A stretch of DNA of 64,000 nt from Azolla caroliniana. Its lineage: Eukaryota; Plantae; Polypodiophyta. Under the pieces are notes generated by a model. It did not search any database and was not told the origin of the DNA. It saw only the letters and a program-made list of their open reading frames with translations. Location: contig JBHGNT010000002.1 in NCBI GenBank assembly GCA_043228905.1, positions 12,834,001-12,898,000 of the forward strand. The letters are read 5' to 3'. Shown here one piece after another: positions 1 to 11,859 of this stretch. Numbering within the stretch: the stretch's first letter is position 1; the number at the start of each line of letters is the position of its first letter. A program made the translations under genes and the position numbers.

Positions 1-1319
1 AAATCCCTCTATATGAAATAATTGTACACAATATACAACATATAATACAAAGCACATGCCCCCATTTTATAGGTGACGCATGTATGGTTAGAATGCCATT
101 TCAGCACATCCTTTCGGATAAGATCTCCTAAAGTCATAATTCATGGCTATTCATATCTAAATTCTATTACATCGTTTCCTATCTAATAATATTCCGCTAC
201 ATAATAATATGGAATCCTAATAATATTTCAGCTTCCGGCTTCACACTGCTTGCCGGTTATCCGATTCGACTTCGGCTTTCACACCAGCCAGCCTTCAGCT
301 CTTTCACATATTCAGCCTTCAACCATTTCGGCTATCAATCCCCGTGGGAGACAACTGTGTGTTACGACTTCCGCATTTATTTACACGGGTTTGCAAAGAT
401 TAGAGTTCTTGCAAAGATACTCATAAGGTGTTGTTCTCAAGTTGTAGTTGTAGTTGTTGAAGAACCTAAAACAAGAGAGATAATATGAGAAAGCTCATTT
501 TATAATCCTTATATATATATATATGGAGTCAAGCATGCTAATTATTGCATGGTTTGCCAAATTTTCACGTACATACTTAGTCTCTCCCTTAGTCTCACCA
601 TATACTGTCCAATCTCAATAGACAAAACCTAATGTCTAGGATTCAAGTATAAACGTGCAAGATTATGATAAAGGGTGGCCATTTGTCCGAAAGGTTTGAT
701 GGGAGTTTTGTTCTATGCCCCTTTTTCTCAATGTTCGCTTGAGCTAGGTGCCTATGCAAGTGTCGTGATGTCTTCATGCATTGTGTTGTGTATAATGAGT
801 ACTTAACACTAAGATATTGACACAATGTTAATATCTTGTTACTTCTAATCTCCCAAAGGCTAAGAAAAATTGGGCATGAGTGCTCATCTAAGTATAACAT
901 TGAATATATACCATTTGGACCCATAACATTTTCTCAGCAAGTCTACCCCAAGAGGTGGTGCAAAGAAAATAAGGAGGATGACAATGATGGCAACGAAGAG
1001 CAACTACTACTTTGGTTTCTAGCTCGATATTTATCTCTGTTTTTATAGGCTCTCTATCTCGCTAGGTTCTCTTTCTTCGTTTAGCCCTACTCGAGTTTCT
1101 CTAATTACTTTTTCCCTTTAAAAAGTATGTACCAAGGACTTCATTTTCTATCATATAGGGATGGATGTCTTTTTGTGGAAATAAGAAACACTAATAAGTA
1201 GTGGCAATAGAAAGCCATCACTTAGATTTCTCTCATGCTCTCATGGAGTACAAAACCCATTCATTTTACAAACAAAAACTAGTTAAATCTAGGTTTCCCC
1301 AAAAACTTTTCAATGAAAC

Positions 1320-1775
1320 TATTATAGATCATAATACTAATGTAAGCTTAAGATAAGGATAATGAAGAAATAGATAGAAAGGAGAAAGAGAAAGAAGGGT
1401 GCCGATCCACCCGACCACCCCCGAGCGAAGGGATCGAGACGGACTCGAGCCTCGATCGGCGTCCCATACCACCGCCGTGGCGTCGAGTCGTACCTGGTGC
1501 TGGCGCGCTCGCTACAAGAGTTGACCCACCACACGAGCAGAGTCTCGATGTAGTCAAAAGAAAGATCAAATGAGGGTAGCTAGGCCTCTTATTTATAGCG
1601 ATACCCAAGGCCCCCAGGCAAGTTCACACTTGACCTAATGGGTTGTCTCAATCCCGAGGATTAAAAGTAATCCTCCCCTTCTTTACACTCTCATTTAACC
1701 CTCACACTTATCCACGTGTATAGAATACTACGGTAAATTCTTACCACGGGATATTATATGGTCATGCTCGTAACA
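1320..1775 (-). repeat. 3' LTR of element A
   Basis: Direct repeat of 7885-8340, adjacent to the PPT. Confidence 0.96.
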
Positions 1776-4700
1776 TACTCCCCCTCTTTAAAACATTGCA
1801 CTCTTGCAACGGAAAGTTAGGGAAGTTAGTTCTAAGAGTATTTTCGCGTTCCCATGTGGCATCTTTTATTGATTTATCCATCCATTTTATTTTGAATTCT
1901 CGGATTTCTTTAGTACGTAATTTTTTTGTTTTAACATCGAGAATTCTTTCTGGTACATGTGGTTTAGAAGATAATTCTTCAGAAGTAACCAGAGTTTCAG
2001 TCGTAACTGTATTGTCTCCAGAACCTAGAAGTTCTTTTAGACGACTCACATGAAAGACTGGATGAATTCCGACACCATCGGGTAGAGCGAGACGATAGGC
2101 TGATGACCCAATGCGTTTGAGGACTGTAAAAGGTCCACAAAACCGTGGGGCTAACTTAGCGCACTTACCCGTAGACAATGTCTTAGAATTGTGAGGTACA
2201 CGTAAAAATACCTTCTGTCCAGGGTTGAATACACGAGGTTGCCTATGATGATCGGCATAAAAACGCGCTCTATCTTGAGCTGTTTTTATATTATCTCGTG
2301 CAATATGCAACATATCTTGCATATCCCGAAGAAAGTTTTGCGTACTTCGCAACTCATCATGATGTATATTAACATCAATCGGGGCTCGTGGCTGAAAACC
2401 ATACATCAACATAAAAGGACTATATCCCGTCGACGTATGCTTGGAGCTGTTATAAGCAAACTCCAAAATTGGGAGATAACGTTCCCATTTTGTTGGTTTT
2501 GCACCAACGTATGCTCGAAGCATGTCCTCAATAATTTGATTTACTCGTATTGTCTATCCATCGGATTGAGGATGATCCGTGGAGCTCATGCTCAACGTAG
2601 TTTCTAACTTCTTAAAGACTTGTGTCCAGAAGTCACTAGTAAACTTTGGATCTCGATCACTCACGATATCCATCGGCAACCCATAAAAACGAAACAATTC
2701 GTCAACAAATTGGTAAGCCAATTCAGGAGCTGTTACCGTGGTTTTAGTAGCAATAAATCTGGCCATTTTAGTTAGTCGATCAACGACAACCCATATGGCA
2801 TCATGACCTTTTTGGGTGCGAGGAAGGCTAACAATAAAATCCATGGATATGCTTTCCCACTTATTATTGGGAATGTACAAGGGATGTAAAAGTCCTGCGG
2901 CTTTAAGTCGCTCGGCTTTGTTAACCTGACACTGGTGACATTTAGTCACATAGCTATGTATGTCAGGACGCATCTTAGGCCAATAAAATTGAGTGGAGAT
3001 GAGAACGAGTGTACGATGTATTCCAGGGTGCCCTGCTGAGGGTGCATCATGGCATTCAAAAAGAATCCTCTTTTTGACCTCGGGTAAATCTGGAACACAA
3101 ACCTTCCCATTACGGTAGAGCAAACCGTTAGCAATGTGGAAGTATTCCTTCAAGGATGTGGTGGTGTCTGTTCCAGACTCAACTCTAGCCCAGTATTTTG
3201 CGAAATAACTGTCATCAGGATACTTTCCTCGAAGGTGATCATAAAGATCTGATGATATTTCAGTGAAGCTAAGCGTGTTAACTTCACGGATGCGACTTAG
3301 TGCATCAGCGACAATGTTCATGGAACCTTTACGATTTCGTATGGAAAAATCAAAGTCCTGGATGAGATCAGCCCATCGTGCCTTACGACCTTTCAGGTCT
3401 TGTTGGTCACAAAAATATTTCAAGGACTCGTGGTCCGTAGTTACCACAAAGTGATTTCCATAAAGATAATGGCGCCATGTTTTGAGCGCATGTATAACTG
3501 CAAATAATTCCTTTTCTTGAACGGTATACCGACATTGAGCAGAATCAAGTTTCTTACTCTCGAATGCTATTGGTTTACCATCTTGATACAAGACAGCACC
3601 TATAGCATAATCGCTTGCATCGGTTTCAACCTCAAAAGGTTTTGAAGGATCAGGTAAAAGAAGTGAAGGAGCCTTGCAAACCAGGTCCTTGAGTTCCTTA
3701 AAGGCGAGGTCTAGTGTACCATTCCACACAATAGGTTTTGTAGACTTACGTGTTTGACCTTTTAAAAGATCAGTAAACGGCGTCGTCAATTGGGAGTAAT
3801 TACGAAGAGACTTTCGCAAAAACCCCACAAAACCAAGGAATGATCGAACTTCTCGAATATTCCGAAGAGTGGGCCAAAGCTTGATTTTCTCAATGCGAGA
3901 AGGATCAATTTCAACTCCTCGTTCGGTTATGAGATGTCCTAGATAAGTAATTGATTTCTTGAAGAACTCACATTTTGAGATCTTCGCATAAAACTGTTTA
4001 TCACGCAATGTTTGTAAAACAAAGCGGACATGTCTAGCATGTTCTTGTAATGTACGGCTATAAACTAAAATATCATCCAAGAAAATAACGACAAATTTTC
4101 CAAGTTGTTCTCGGAAAATGTCATTCATTTCTTGTTGAAAAGTAGCCGGAGCATTGGTCAAACCAAAAGGCATAACCAAAAACTCGTAATGGCCATAGCG
4201 CGTACAAAATGCTGTTTTAGGAACATCGTCCTCACTTATTCGTATTTGATGGTAGCCAGTACGGAGATCAAGTTTCGTAAAATACCGAGCTCCCTGGAGA
4301 CGGTCAATTAGATCGTCAGGCCGGGGCAATGGATACGAATTCTTGATCGTCACTTTATTCAAGCGTCGGTAATTAATACACATACGCCATGTGCCCTCTT
4401 TCTTTTTAACCAAAAGAACTGGTGCACCCCATGGAGATTTACTATAACGTATATAACCCATTCGTAAATAGTCCTTGAGTTGCTTAGATACCTCATCTTC
4501 TTCGGATCGACTTAAGCGATACGGAGGTATACTTATTGGTGCAACACCAGGTACAATATCTATACGATGGTCTATATTACGTTTAGGAGGTAACCCATCA
4601 GGTAGTTCACTTGGAAAAACATCATGAAAATCATTTAAGATTTCATCAAGTTGTTGTTGTTCAAAATATGTTAATTGAATCGGGACATTATCGATATTGT

Positions 4701-5238
4701 AAACGTGAATGTTCGGATCAAATACACAATAAAATAACGTAGAACAAGACAACTCGGATATTGATGGACACGAGGAAACAATCGAGAGGGATTGTTTTTT
4801 TACACATTGAATAAAATGCGTACAATCGTTCAGTACAAAAGAAATGGAATGACGAACCCAATCAATAAATAAAGAAGAGTTTTTATTATAAAACCAGGGA
4901 TAACCCAGTATTACATCGGTGGTACAAAGATTCATTACATGGAAGTCTACTTCCTCTATATAAGTATCAATAGAAATTCCTAATGAATGAATCGCCCCGT
5001 TGATGTATTGTACTCTTCCATCAGCCAAGTGCACCGTGTAGGTGTGATCACTTACGGTGGGTTGGATTCCCCATATCTGAACCAAACGATCATTCACAAA
5101 ATTGTGTGAGCTTCCCGAATCAAATAAAAATTGTATGGGAGATCCATTGATATACCCGTTTGCACGTAGTAAATCATTGGGACCCAATACATAGTGAGGG
5201 AAAGAACATTGACAATTACTTAAATGATGTGTATAGAC
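1762..5238 (-). pseudogene. pol: pol (aspartic protease, RT, RNase H, integrase, chromodomain) with one in-frame TAG at 2554-2556
   Basis: [10 protein letters not shown] protease; FLDDIL RT; [10 protein letters not shown] RNase H; HHCC and SDRD integrase motifs; C-terminal chromodomain VPERILD...IKW...ATWE. ORFs 2554-5187 and 1762-2523 are in frame across HPQSDG*TIRVNQ. Confidence 0.95.
1776..1787 (-). promoter_or_regulatory. Polypurine tract of element A
   Basis: Minus-strand AGAGGGGGAGTA immediately before the 3' LTR. Confidence 0.9.
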
Positions 5239-6195
5239 CTAAAGGACATTAGGAATCTGACCTTTATGGTCTGCAGCTTTAGCTTTGTTGTCGTGCTCTT
5301 TCCGTTGGAGCTTTCGACATTGTTCTTTTGTATGACCCTTCTTTTTGCAGAATACACAAAAAGGATGTTGTCGCTTACAATCGCGATCCAGGAATTCGTT
5401 GGGTGTCTTGCGTTTCCCAACAAATTGCGACTGCTTAGTCCCGGGCGCTTCGTTGGGTTTGTTATGGTCCTTCTTCGAAGTGCGTTGATAGCGAAGAACT
5501 ATTTCAACGGCCTCTTCGAAGGATTTTGGATCCTTATCGTGCACTATCCAGTGATAGTCCGAATTGGGGATGCCATTGACAAAACAAGCTATCAACCAAT
5601 TGTCCCCTTCTAGACCCGATTTTTGGATTTGGGTTCTAGCATGGTGAACATAGTCCTCTAGCCAGGAAAATTTCCTGCTAGAGAGGTTCATTAAAGCTTG
5701 TGCTGCCTCGGTTCGAGAGGGAGGTTGCAGAAATTGGCCCTTAAAAACCATGACAAAATCTGTCCAGGTATCGGGCAATTTCCCCATAGTACGGAGCCCA
5801 CGCCACCAGGCGGCGGCCTTACCCCCGAGTTCTCGGCCGACATATGCAATCTTCGTACTATCTGGCGTGGGATAGAGCTCAAAATGAGACTCCCATCGTC
5901 CCAGCCATGTGCAGATTGCTTCTTCGGTTCTTTCCTTTTTGTCTCCCGTAAATGGCTTAACGACAAATGATGGTTCACCTTGTCGCTCATCAGGTCTATT
6001 AGTCTCACGTTGTAGACTAATGACACGTGCCTCAAGAGCACTCTGAGATTGCCGAAGTTCGGTCATCTGTTGAGCGGTGAAACTAAGGTATTGGGTTATT
6101 TGTGCCAAATACATCTCAGTGGACATTTGTCCAGGAGGATTCCCTTGAGTTCCTTCCGCTTGAGCGGATGACATCGGGTCGTTAATTTGAGCCAT
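5239..6195 (-). CDS. gag: Gag protein of element A
   Basis: 318-aa ORF with retrotransposon capsid-like region (LGGKAAAWW) and CCHC knuckle CVFCKKKGHTKEQC. Confidence 0.93.
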   Translation of the reverse strand: MAQINDPMSSAQAEGTQGNPPGQMSTEMYLAQITQYLSFTAQQMTELRQSQSALEARVISLQRETNRPDERQGEPSFVVKPFTGDKKERTEEAICTWLGRWESHFELYPTPDSTKIAYVGRELGGKAAAWWRGLRTMGKLPDTWTDFVMVFKGQFLQPPSRTEAAQALMNLSSRKFSWLEDYVHHARTQIQKSGLEGDNWLIACFVNGIPNSDYHWIVHDKDPKSFEEAVEIVLRYQRTSKKDHNKPNEAPGTKQSQFVGKRKTPNEFLDRDCKRQHPFCVFCKKKGHTKEQCRKLQRKEHDNKAKAADHKGQIPNVL

Positions 6196-6298
6196 TAAAG
6201 ATTATTTCTAGAAAAGAAATAGGATAAGGTCAGAGATATAGTCATAACATCTTGTCGTGATGTAAACATATCATGGGCGAGCATTAATCGATATCATT

Positions 6299-6458
6299 AT
6301 CTCACGTCAATACCCCTCTAGACGTATGAGATGAGGTTCAAGATCAGGTTACTATGGTAACACAAAGGTGTTTTAAAAACCATGGGGGTGACAAATAAAT
6401 GTCTTTCCCTGATCTCTATATCGATTTTTTCATGGTGGCTCCCCGAGGCTCAACCATG
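6299..6458 (-). ncRNA. Conserved structured RNA element in the chromovirus 5' leader (copy A)
   Basis: Homologous to 53379-53541(+), with conserved stems and compensatory base-pair changes; about 104 nt upstream of the gag ATG. Confidence 0.6.
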
Positions 6459-7367
6459 TATGTTCGCGTCATGAATAGTTTATACACGAAAAAAAATGTT
6501 AACAATAAACTATGTTTCGGTGCCCACATAAGTGGTTTCGGCTCTTTAAGTCCTATTACGAGGACCCCGAGGTGCACTTAGACCTTAAGTCTAAACATGT
6601 GTTATAGTCATATGTATCAAGGATGTTGTATGGTCTTGGACATATTTGAACTCGAGACCTCGAGAACAAATACATTAAACACTTGAGCCAACCAAGTAAG
6701 TTGCTCTTCTCGAATGCTTAATGTTTGATGTGTATAAGAGATATGCGAGGCAATTGATCATATATGTTTTTTTAAAAGAACATATATGTCAAGGGTCCTT
6801 ATTTCGCCCTCATTTACCAAAACTATGTTGGTACGCTACCTAACCTCAAGTCTCGTAATTACGATGGCATACGCCAAAGTGCAACCTAATGGTCAAGCCA
6901 AATGAGCCCTCGTTTCGTAGTAGGCTCATGTGGGCCATCACATGGTCACGTCATTACGAATGCCTCTCGTAAGAACGAGCTCATGGTGGCATCGTATCCA
7001 TGTAACGAGGGAGGGATGTTGGATACGTGCGTCATTGGAGCGACCTCACTTGAAGTGGGTCAAGCCCTACGTACTCAACATCATTTTGGCTATTCGCGTT
7101 TCTTTACGTAACGAAATCGAGGTCGTCAATGGGGTTATCAACAATAAAACAATGTTGAAAAAGGGATGGTGACAACGCCATTCTCACAAAAATGTGAGGA
7201 CGGCCACCAACATCCTTTTCCCGACAAGGACAACTTTCGATATAATCACGTAATAACGAATATACACATATGTTTACTTATCACATATATACGATCAAAT
7301 ACGTATATATGTGACCACATATGCCTATATTAAACATATCGTTATATTAAATAGCCACAAATGATGT

Positions 7368-7640
7368 GATCGAGATACGTAATCGAGGTATATACCTCTA
7401 CGCACACGAAACATCCACAAATAAGAGATCATCGTAATACGCAATGGAGGTATTGACCTCTTACGCATACGAGACCAAACGCATATCGTTTACAACAAAT
7501 CAAGGTATTAAACTCATACGCAAACGTAACATATGTTCGTGATCGTAATACGTAATTGAGGTATTAACCTCGTACGCATACGACACTCATCACATATTAT
7601 TAATATGTCAAACGAGGTATTGACCCCGTGCACATATGTA
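7368..7640. repeat. Five hairpin repeats (core GAGGT-N4-ACCTC) at about 55-62 bp spacing in the leader of element A
   Basis: GAGGTA-like cores at about 7385, 7447, 7502, 7558 and 7614, with flanking TACG/CGTA arms and dissimilar linkers. Confidence 0.7.
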
Positions 7641-7870
7641 AACGTTTTAGATAATCAATTAAAGACCACTACAACATCATTGATTTAATGAAAAAAATTA
7701 CATATAAACTAAACACATGATTAGATGGGAGAAGAGAGAATAGAAAGAAAAATTAAGGAAAGAGTTACCGAAGTTCTTTGTTGATCGTTGTCTGGATCAA
7801 GGCCAACCGCACAACGATCGATCAGCATCAATCAAAAGACAAATGAAAAACAAAGAAACATTAGTAAAAA

Positions 7871-7882
7871 AATCTGATACCA
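7871..7882 (-). promoter_or_regulatory. Primer-binding site (tRNA-iMet type) of element A
   Basis: Minus-strand TGGTATCAGA 2 nt after the 5' LTR. Confidence 0.88.
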
Positions 7883-7884
7883 AA

Positions 7885-8340
7885 TATTATAGATCATAAT
7901 ACTAATGTAAGCTTAAGATAAGGATAATGAAGAAATAGATAGAAAGGAGAAAGAGAAAGAAGGGTGCCGATCCACCCGACCACCCCCGAGCGAAGGGATC
8001 GAGACGGACTCGAGCCTCGATCGGCGTCCCATACCACCGCCGTGGCGTCGAGTCGTACCTGGTGCTGGCGCGCTCGCTACAAGAGTTGACCCACCACACG
8101 AGCAGAGTCTCGATGTAGTCAAAAGATAGATCAAATGAGGGTAGCTAGGCCTCTTATTTATAGCGATACCCAAGGCCCCCAGGCAAGTTCACACTTGACC
8201 TAATGGGTTGTCTCAATCCCGACGATTAAAAGTAATCCTCCCCTTCTTTACACTCTCATTTAACCCTCACACTTATCCACGTGTATAGAATACTACGGTA
8301 AATTCTTACCACGGGATATTATATGGTCATGCCCGTAACA
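7885..8340 (-). repeat. 5' LTR of element A
   Basis: Direct repeat of 1320-1775, next to the PBS. Confidence 0.96.
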
Positions 8341-9436
8341 GAAACCATAAACTCTTAGAATATAGTATACCCCTCATGGCTTTTTGGGTTGCAAAGACAT
8401 GTGTGAGTGAATAGAAAACAAGAAAGCATGGGAGAACAATTGAGAAACTAGAAGATTTTTTTTAGGTGAACTCAAAGTTCATGAGATAAGTTTTAGCCAA
8501 CATACTCAAGATGATCTTTATTAGATGAACTCATAGAGTTTCTATTGTGTAACAAACAGAGAAATTCGTGTGCAAAGGCTTAAGGGTTTCAATGACCATG
8601 GTGTGTAATCGATCACTTGGAGAGAGAAGGCACCATTTGCCCGCTTGCCACAACCAAACCATACACATATGATAGATAGGCTTCAATTCTAGCGCTTGCT
8701 TTTGCACCCACACCCACATCCGCACCTTGTGTGTGTTTTTTGCTATTGTACACGAGGGAGGATATACATATATATATATATATATATATGAACACACCAT
8801 ACGTTTCCCCTCCTCCTCCTCCTCCTCCTTTGACTTTAGTTTGTTAGTTGTGGGCTGATGAATGTGAAAGCAAAAAGAGAGGAATTAAGGAAGTCTCCTC
8901 CTCCTCTTCATGTCGATTGTCGACACACGCGCACGCGGAGAGAGTCGAGAGTCGAGAGTCGAGACAGACAGCGAGAAAAGACACAAACAGAGGAAGGCGC
9001 ACGCACACAGATAAAAATACAGATACACAGACAGAGGCTGAGAGTCGAGACAGAGACAGAAGAAAAAGGGAAGGGAAGGGAAGGGAAGGAGGGAGGGAGG
9101 GAGCTTTTTCAGTTTGTTGTCTGCCTCGTCTCCGTTCCGTATGTACTGATGATGACTGTGTTTGTGTTGTTGTGTTCAACAAACATGATGTGATGAGATG
9201 AGATGAGATGAAGCCGCCGATCCCGCTCCCCTCCGCTCTGTGAGTCGGTAGTGTTGTTGGTTCAGCATCAGCATCCTCTTCCTGCGAAGGAGAAGGCCTT
9301 CTGTTTCCAGAAGCTGCTTCTTCTTCTTCTTCTTCTTCACTCAGATCCTGAATTCATGATATGATTCATCTGCCGTATTTCATATTTTAGTGTATGGATA
9401 TGATGTGCAGAGAAGAGAAGAATTATTATATTGATA

Positions 9437-9440
<4 letters not shown>

Positions 9441-9485
<45 letters not shown>
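9441..9485. repeat. (TA)n microsatellite just upstream of the DUF789 start
   Basis: Pure AT dinucleotide run; others at about 8766-8789 and 16018-16068. Confidence 0.95.
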
Positions 9486-9486
<1 letters not shown>

Positions 9487-9500
9487 CAGCACTTCGAGAG

Positions 9501-10360
9501 ATGGAGATGAGCAGCAGCATCCACGGTGGATGCTGCGCACCATCCACTTCCTCCTCTACCTCTACCTCTACCTCTTCTTCTTCTTCTTCTTCTTCTTCTT
9601 CTTCTTCTTCTGCTCCTCCTCCTACTTGTTGCACTGCTGCTGCTGCTGCTGCTTTGATTCGTGAGCGTCTTCCACAGCATAGATGGCGCCGCAGCAGCAG
9701 CAGCAGCAACAGCAACAGAAACAACAACAGCAGGTCCCGCTCTCATCGATCTTCTTCATCTCTCTCTATGACAATGACAATGACTATGACTCCTCCTACT
9801 CTTCCTTCTCCCTCTTTTCCTATTTCTGCCCACGGATCTGTAGCCCAGTGCAATGACACCAAGCCTTCCTCTAAGCCCATCAATTGTAACTTAGATAGCT
9901 TCCTCGATGCCACTTCCCTCACCGTTCGAGCACAGCATCTTCCAAGAGTAAGGAAAAAACAAACTCACTTGCTCTTTTCTCTTTCTATTTTCTGTTCAGC
10001 TCTCCAATTCAAAATCAGTGTCTCCATTCCATTGTATTTTATTCATCTTTATCCCACAGAGCTGTCAATGGGAGACATGTCGCAAGAGATCACAACGGAA
10101 TGCAGGAAATGTGGAGCATGATGATCTCCCCTACTTCATCTTGGGCGACCTGTGGGAATCTTTTGATGAATGGAGCGCCTATGGTGTTGGAGTTCCCATC
10201 ACTCTCAAGGACCAAGACGTTGTTGTTCAGTATTATGTACCTTATCTCTCTGCGATTCAGCTCTATACACGCACCATGAAACGCCAGAACATCAACCGCA
10301 GGTAAGCCTAACAGCATTCTATGCATTTGTCTCGGTACACACACACATATCTATATATAC

Positions 10361-10394
<34 letters not shown>

Positions 10395-11859
10395 CTATAT
10401 CTATCTATCTATCTATATATATATCTCTATATCTATATCTATATATAGTGTGTGTGTGTGTGTGTGACATACAGTCCACGTTGACATGGTAACCACCATT
10501 TTTGCCTTTTCCAAAATGCATAAATTCTCTTCATAAAGCGGAGTATGTGACATATTGCCCAAGATGGAGCTTTATCGAATAAATCAGTGTATATGTATAT
10601 TCTCAACATGTAGTAGTCCTACAGTCTACATTACATCAATGCCCACATATATTTATCATCATTATATTATTGTGCCTAGGTTCCCTGCATACATATGATG
10701 TATATGTGATATGGAGGAGGCCTCCTAAATGTAATCACAATAGGTGACATTTGGATTCTACAGCATCACAGGGGGTATGGTGATAGACAGTGAAGACACG
10801 GATGAGCTGTCGGTTCCTGATTGCCGCCAGTGCCAGTGTGGGATGACCACCTCCTCGCAATGTTGCTCATCAGAATCTGACGCCTCCTGCTGTGGATGCT
10901 ATGCATTTGAGAAGATGTCACAGTCGGACCTCCGCAAGGACCCAGAAGATCAGGACAATACAACTAGTAGTTACAGCGGCCACAGCTCCCGCACGAGCGA
11001 TTGGCACGGTCACCTTCTCTTTGAGTTCTTTGAATCATCTCCTCCATATGCCAGGGTTCCCTTTTCAGATAAGGTGCTCTATAGATCTAGAAACTCTGTA
11101 GTACTCTTTGATAGCGTATTGGCTGGCTTCCTCAGTATTCGTGTGGAAGTGGATATTTTTATGATGACTCCTTTGGATGTTGTAGATTTCACAGATCTCA
11201 GCAAATTTCACAGCCTTGAAGACGTTGAGAAGTGTTGACCTTCTTCCTGCAAGTTGGATGTCTATTGCATGGTATGTAGGAAAAAGGAAGGTATTCTTTT
11301 TCTTTCCTCCTTTCTTCCTGATTTGGTTTTGACAATTCTCTCACTCATATTCTCTGGTTTAGGTACCCGATCTATAGGATCCCAATTGGTCCGACGTTGC
11401 GGGATCTTGAGGCCTGCTTTCTCAGCTTCCACAGTTTATCCACGTCATTGCAAGGTTCTCCCTCTCTCTATGCAGCCAGTGTCTGTCGTATTCAATTCTT
11501 CCTGCACCAGTATTCTTGTTCTTCTCGAACTATTGCTACTGGTGCTTCATTTCTGTGCATTGTATGGATATATAGATGGCGAGCCCTGGGGAATCGTGAA
11601 ACCAAGTAGTCGGCCAATACAATGTGCAACCTCGTTAGAACCTGGTTCACAGTGGGAGCATCCAATGATAAAGCTCGAAGCATTTGGTTTGGCGCATTAC
11701 AAACTCCGTGGATCTATCTGGACTTCTGCAGGGAATCTTGAGAGAAGGCATGCAGCATCCATGTATCGATGTGCTGAGTCATGGCTCAAACAACTTCATG
11801 TTGGGCATCCTGACTTTGAATTCTTCCGATCCCATAATCCCTCACCTCAAGCCTCATGA
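9501..11859 (+). CDS. DUF789 family plant protein, 6 coding exons: 9501-9947, 10060-10301, 10764-11073, 11186-11271, 11363-11454, 11576-11859
   Basis: GT-AG introns with consistent phases. Family motifs [101 protein letters not shown]. No stops in the spliced frame. Confidence 0.92.
10338..10465. repeat. Compound microsatellite (CA, TACA, TA, TATC, GT) in DUF789 intron 2
   Basis: Directly visible simple repeats. Confidence 0.9.

Larger units (their letters stand above)
1320..8340 (-). mobile_element. Full-length Ty3/gypsy chromovirus LTR retrotransposon (element A), recent insertion
   Basis: Two 456-bp LTRs (1320-1775, 7885-8340) with 3 differences seen by eye. TSD GAAAC at 1315-1319 and 8341-8345. 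PBS, PPT and gag-PR-RT-RH-INT-chromodomain order on the minus strand. Confidence 0.97.

Noticed and set aside
1-1314. Short TTCGGCTTTCACAC-like repeats and small ORFs at the window start
   Set aside because: Probably an LTR remnant cut by the window edge; too little evidence to classify
1337-1608. Duplicated small ORFs (also 7902-8173)
   Set aside because: They simply reflect the two LTRs; no recognisable domain
6299-6458. Hammerhead ribozyme assignment for the leader structure
   Set aside because: No CUGANGA core in the required arrangement in both copies
8531-9746. Low-complexity ORFs (YIYIYI, poly-E, poly-R, RERE)
   Set aside because: Translations of microsatellites or antisense frames of the DUF789 first exon
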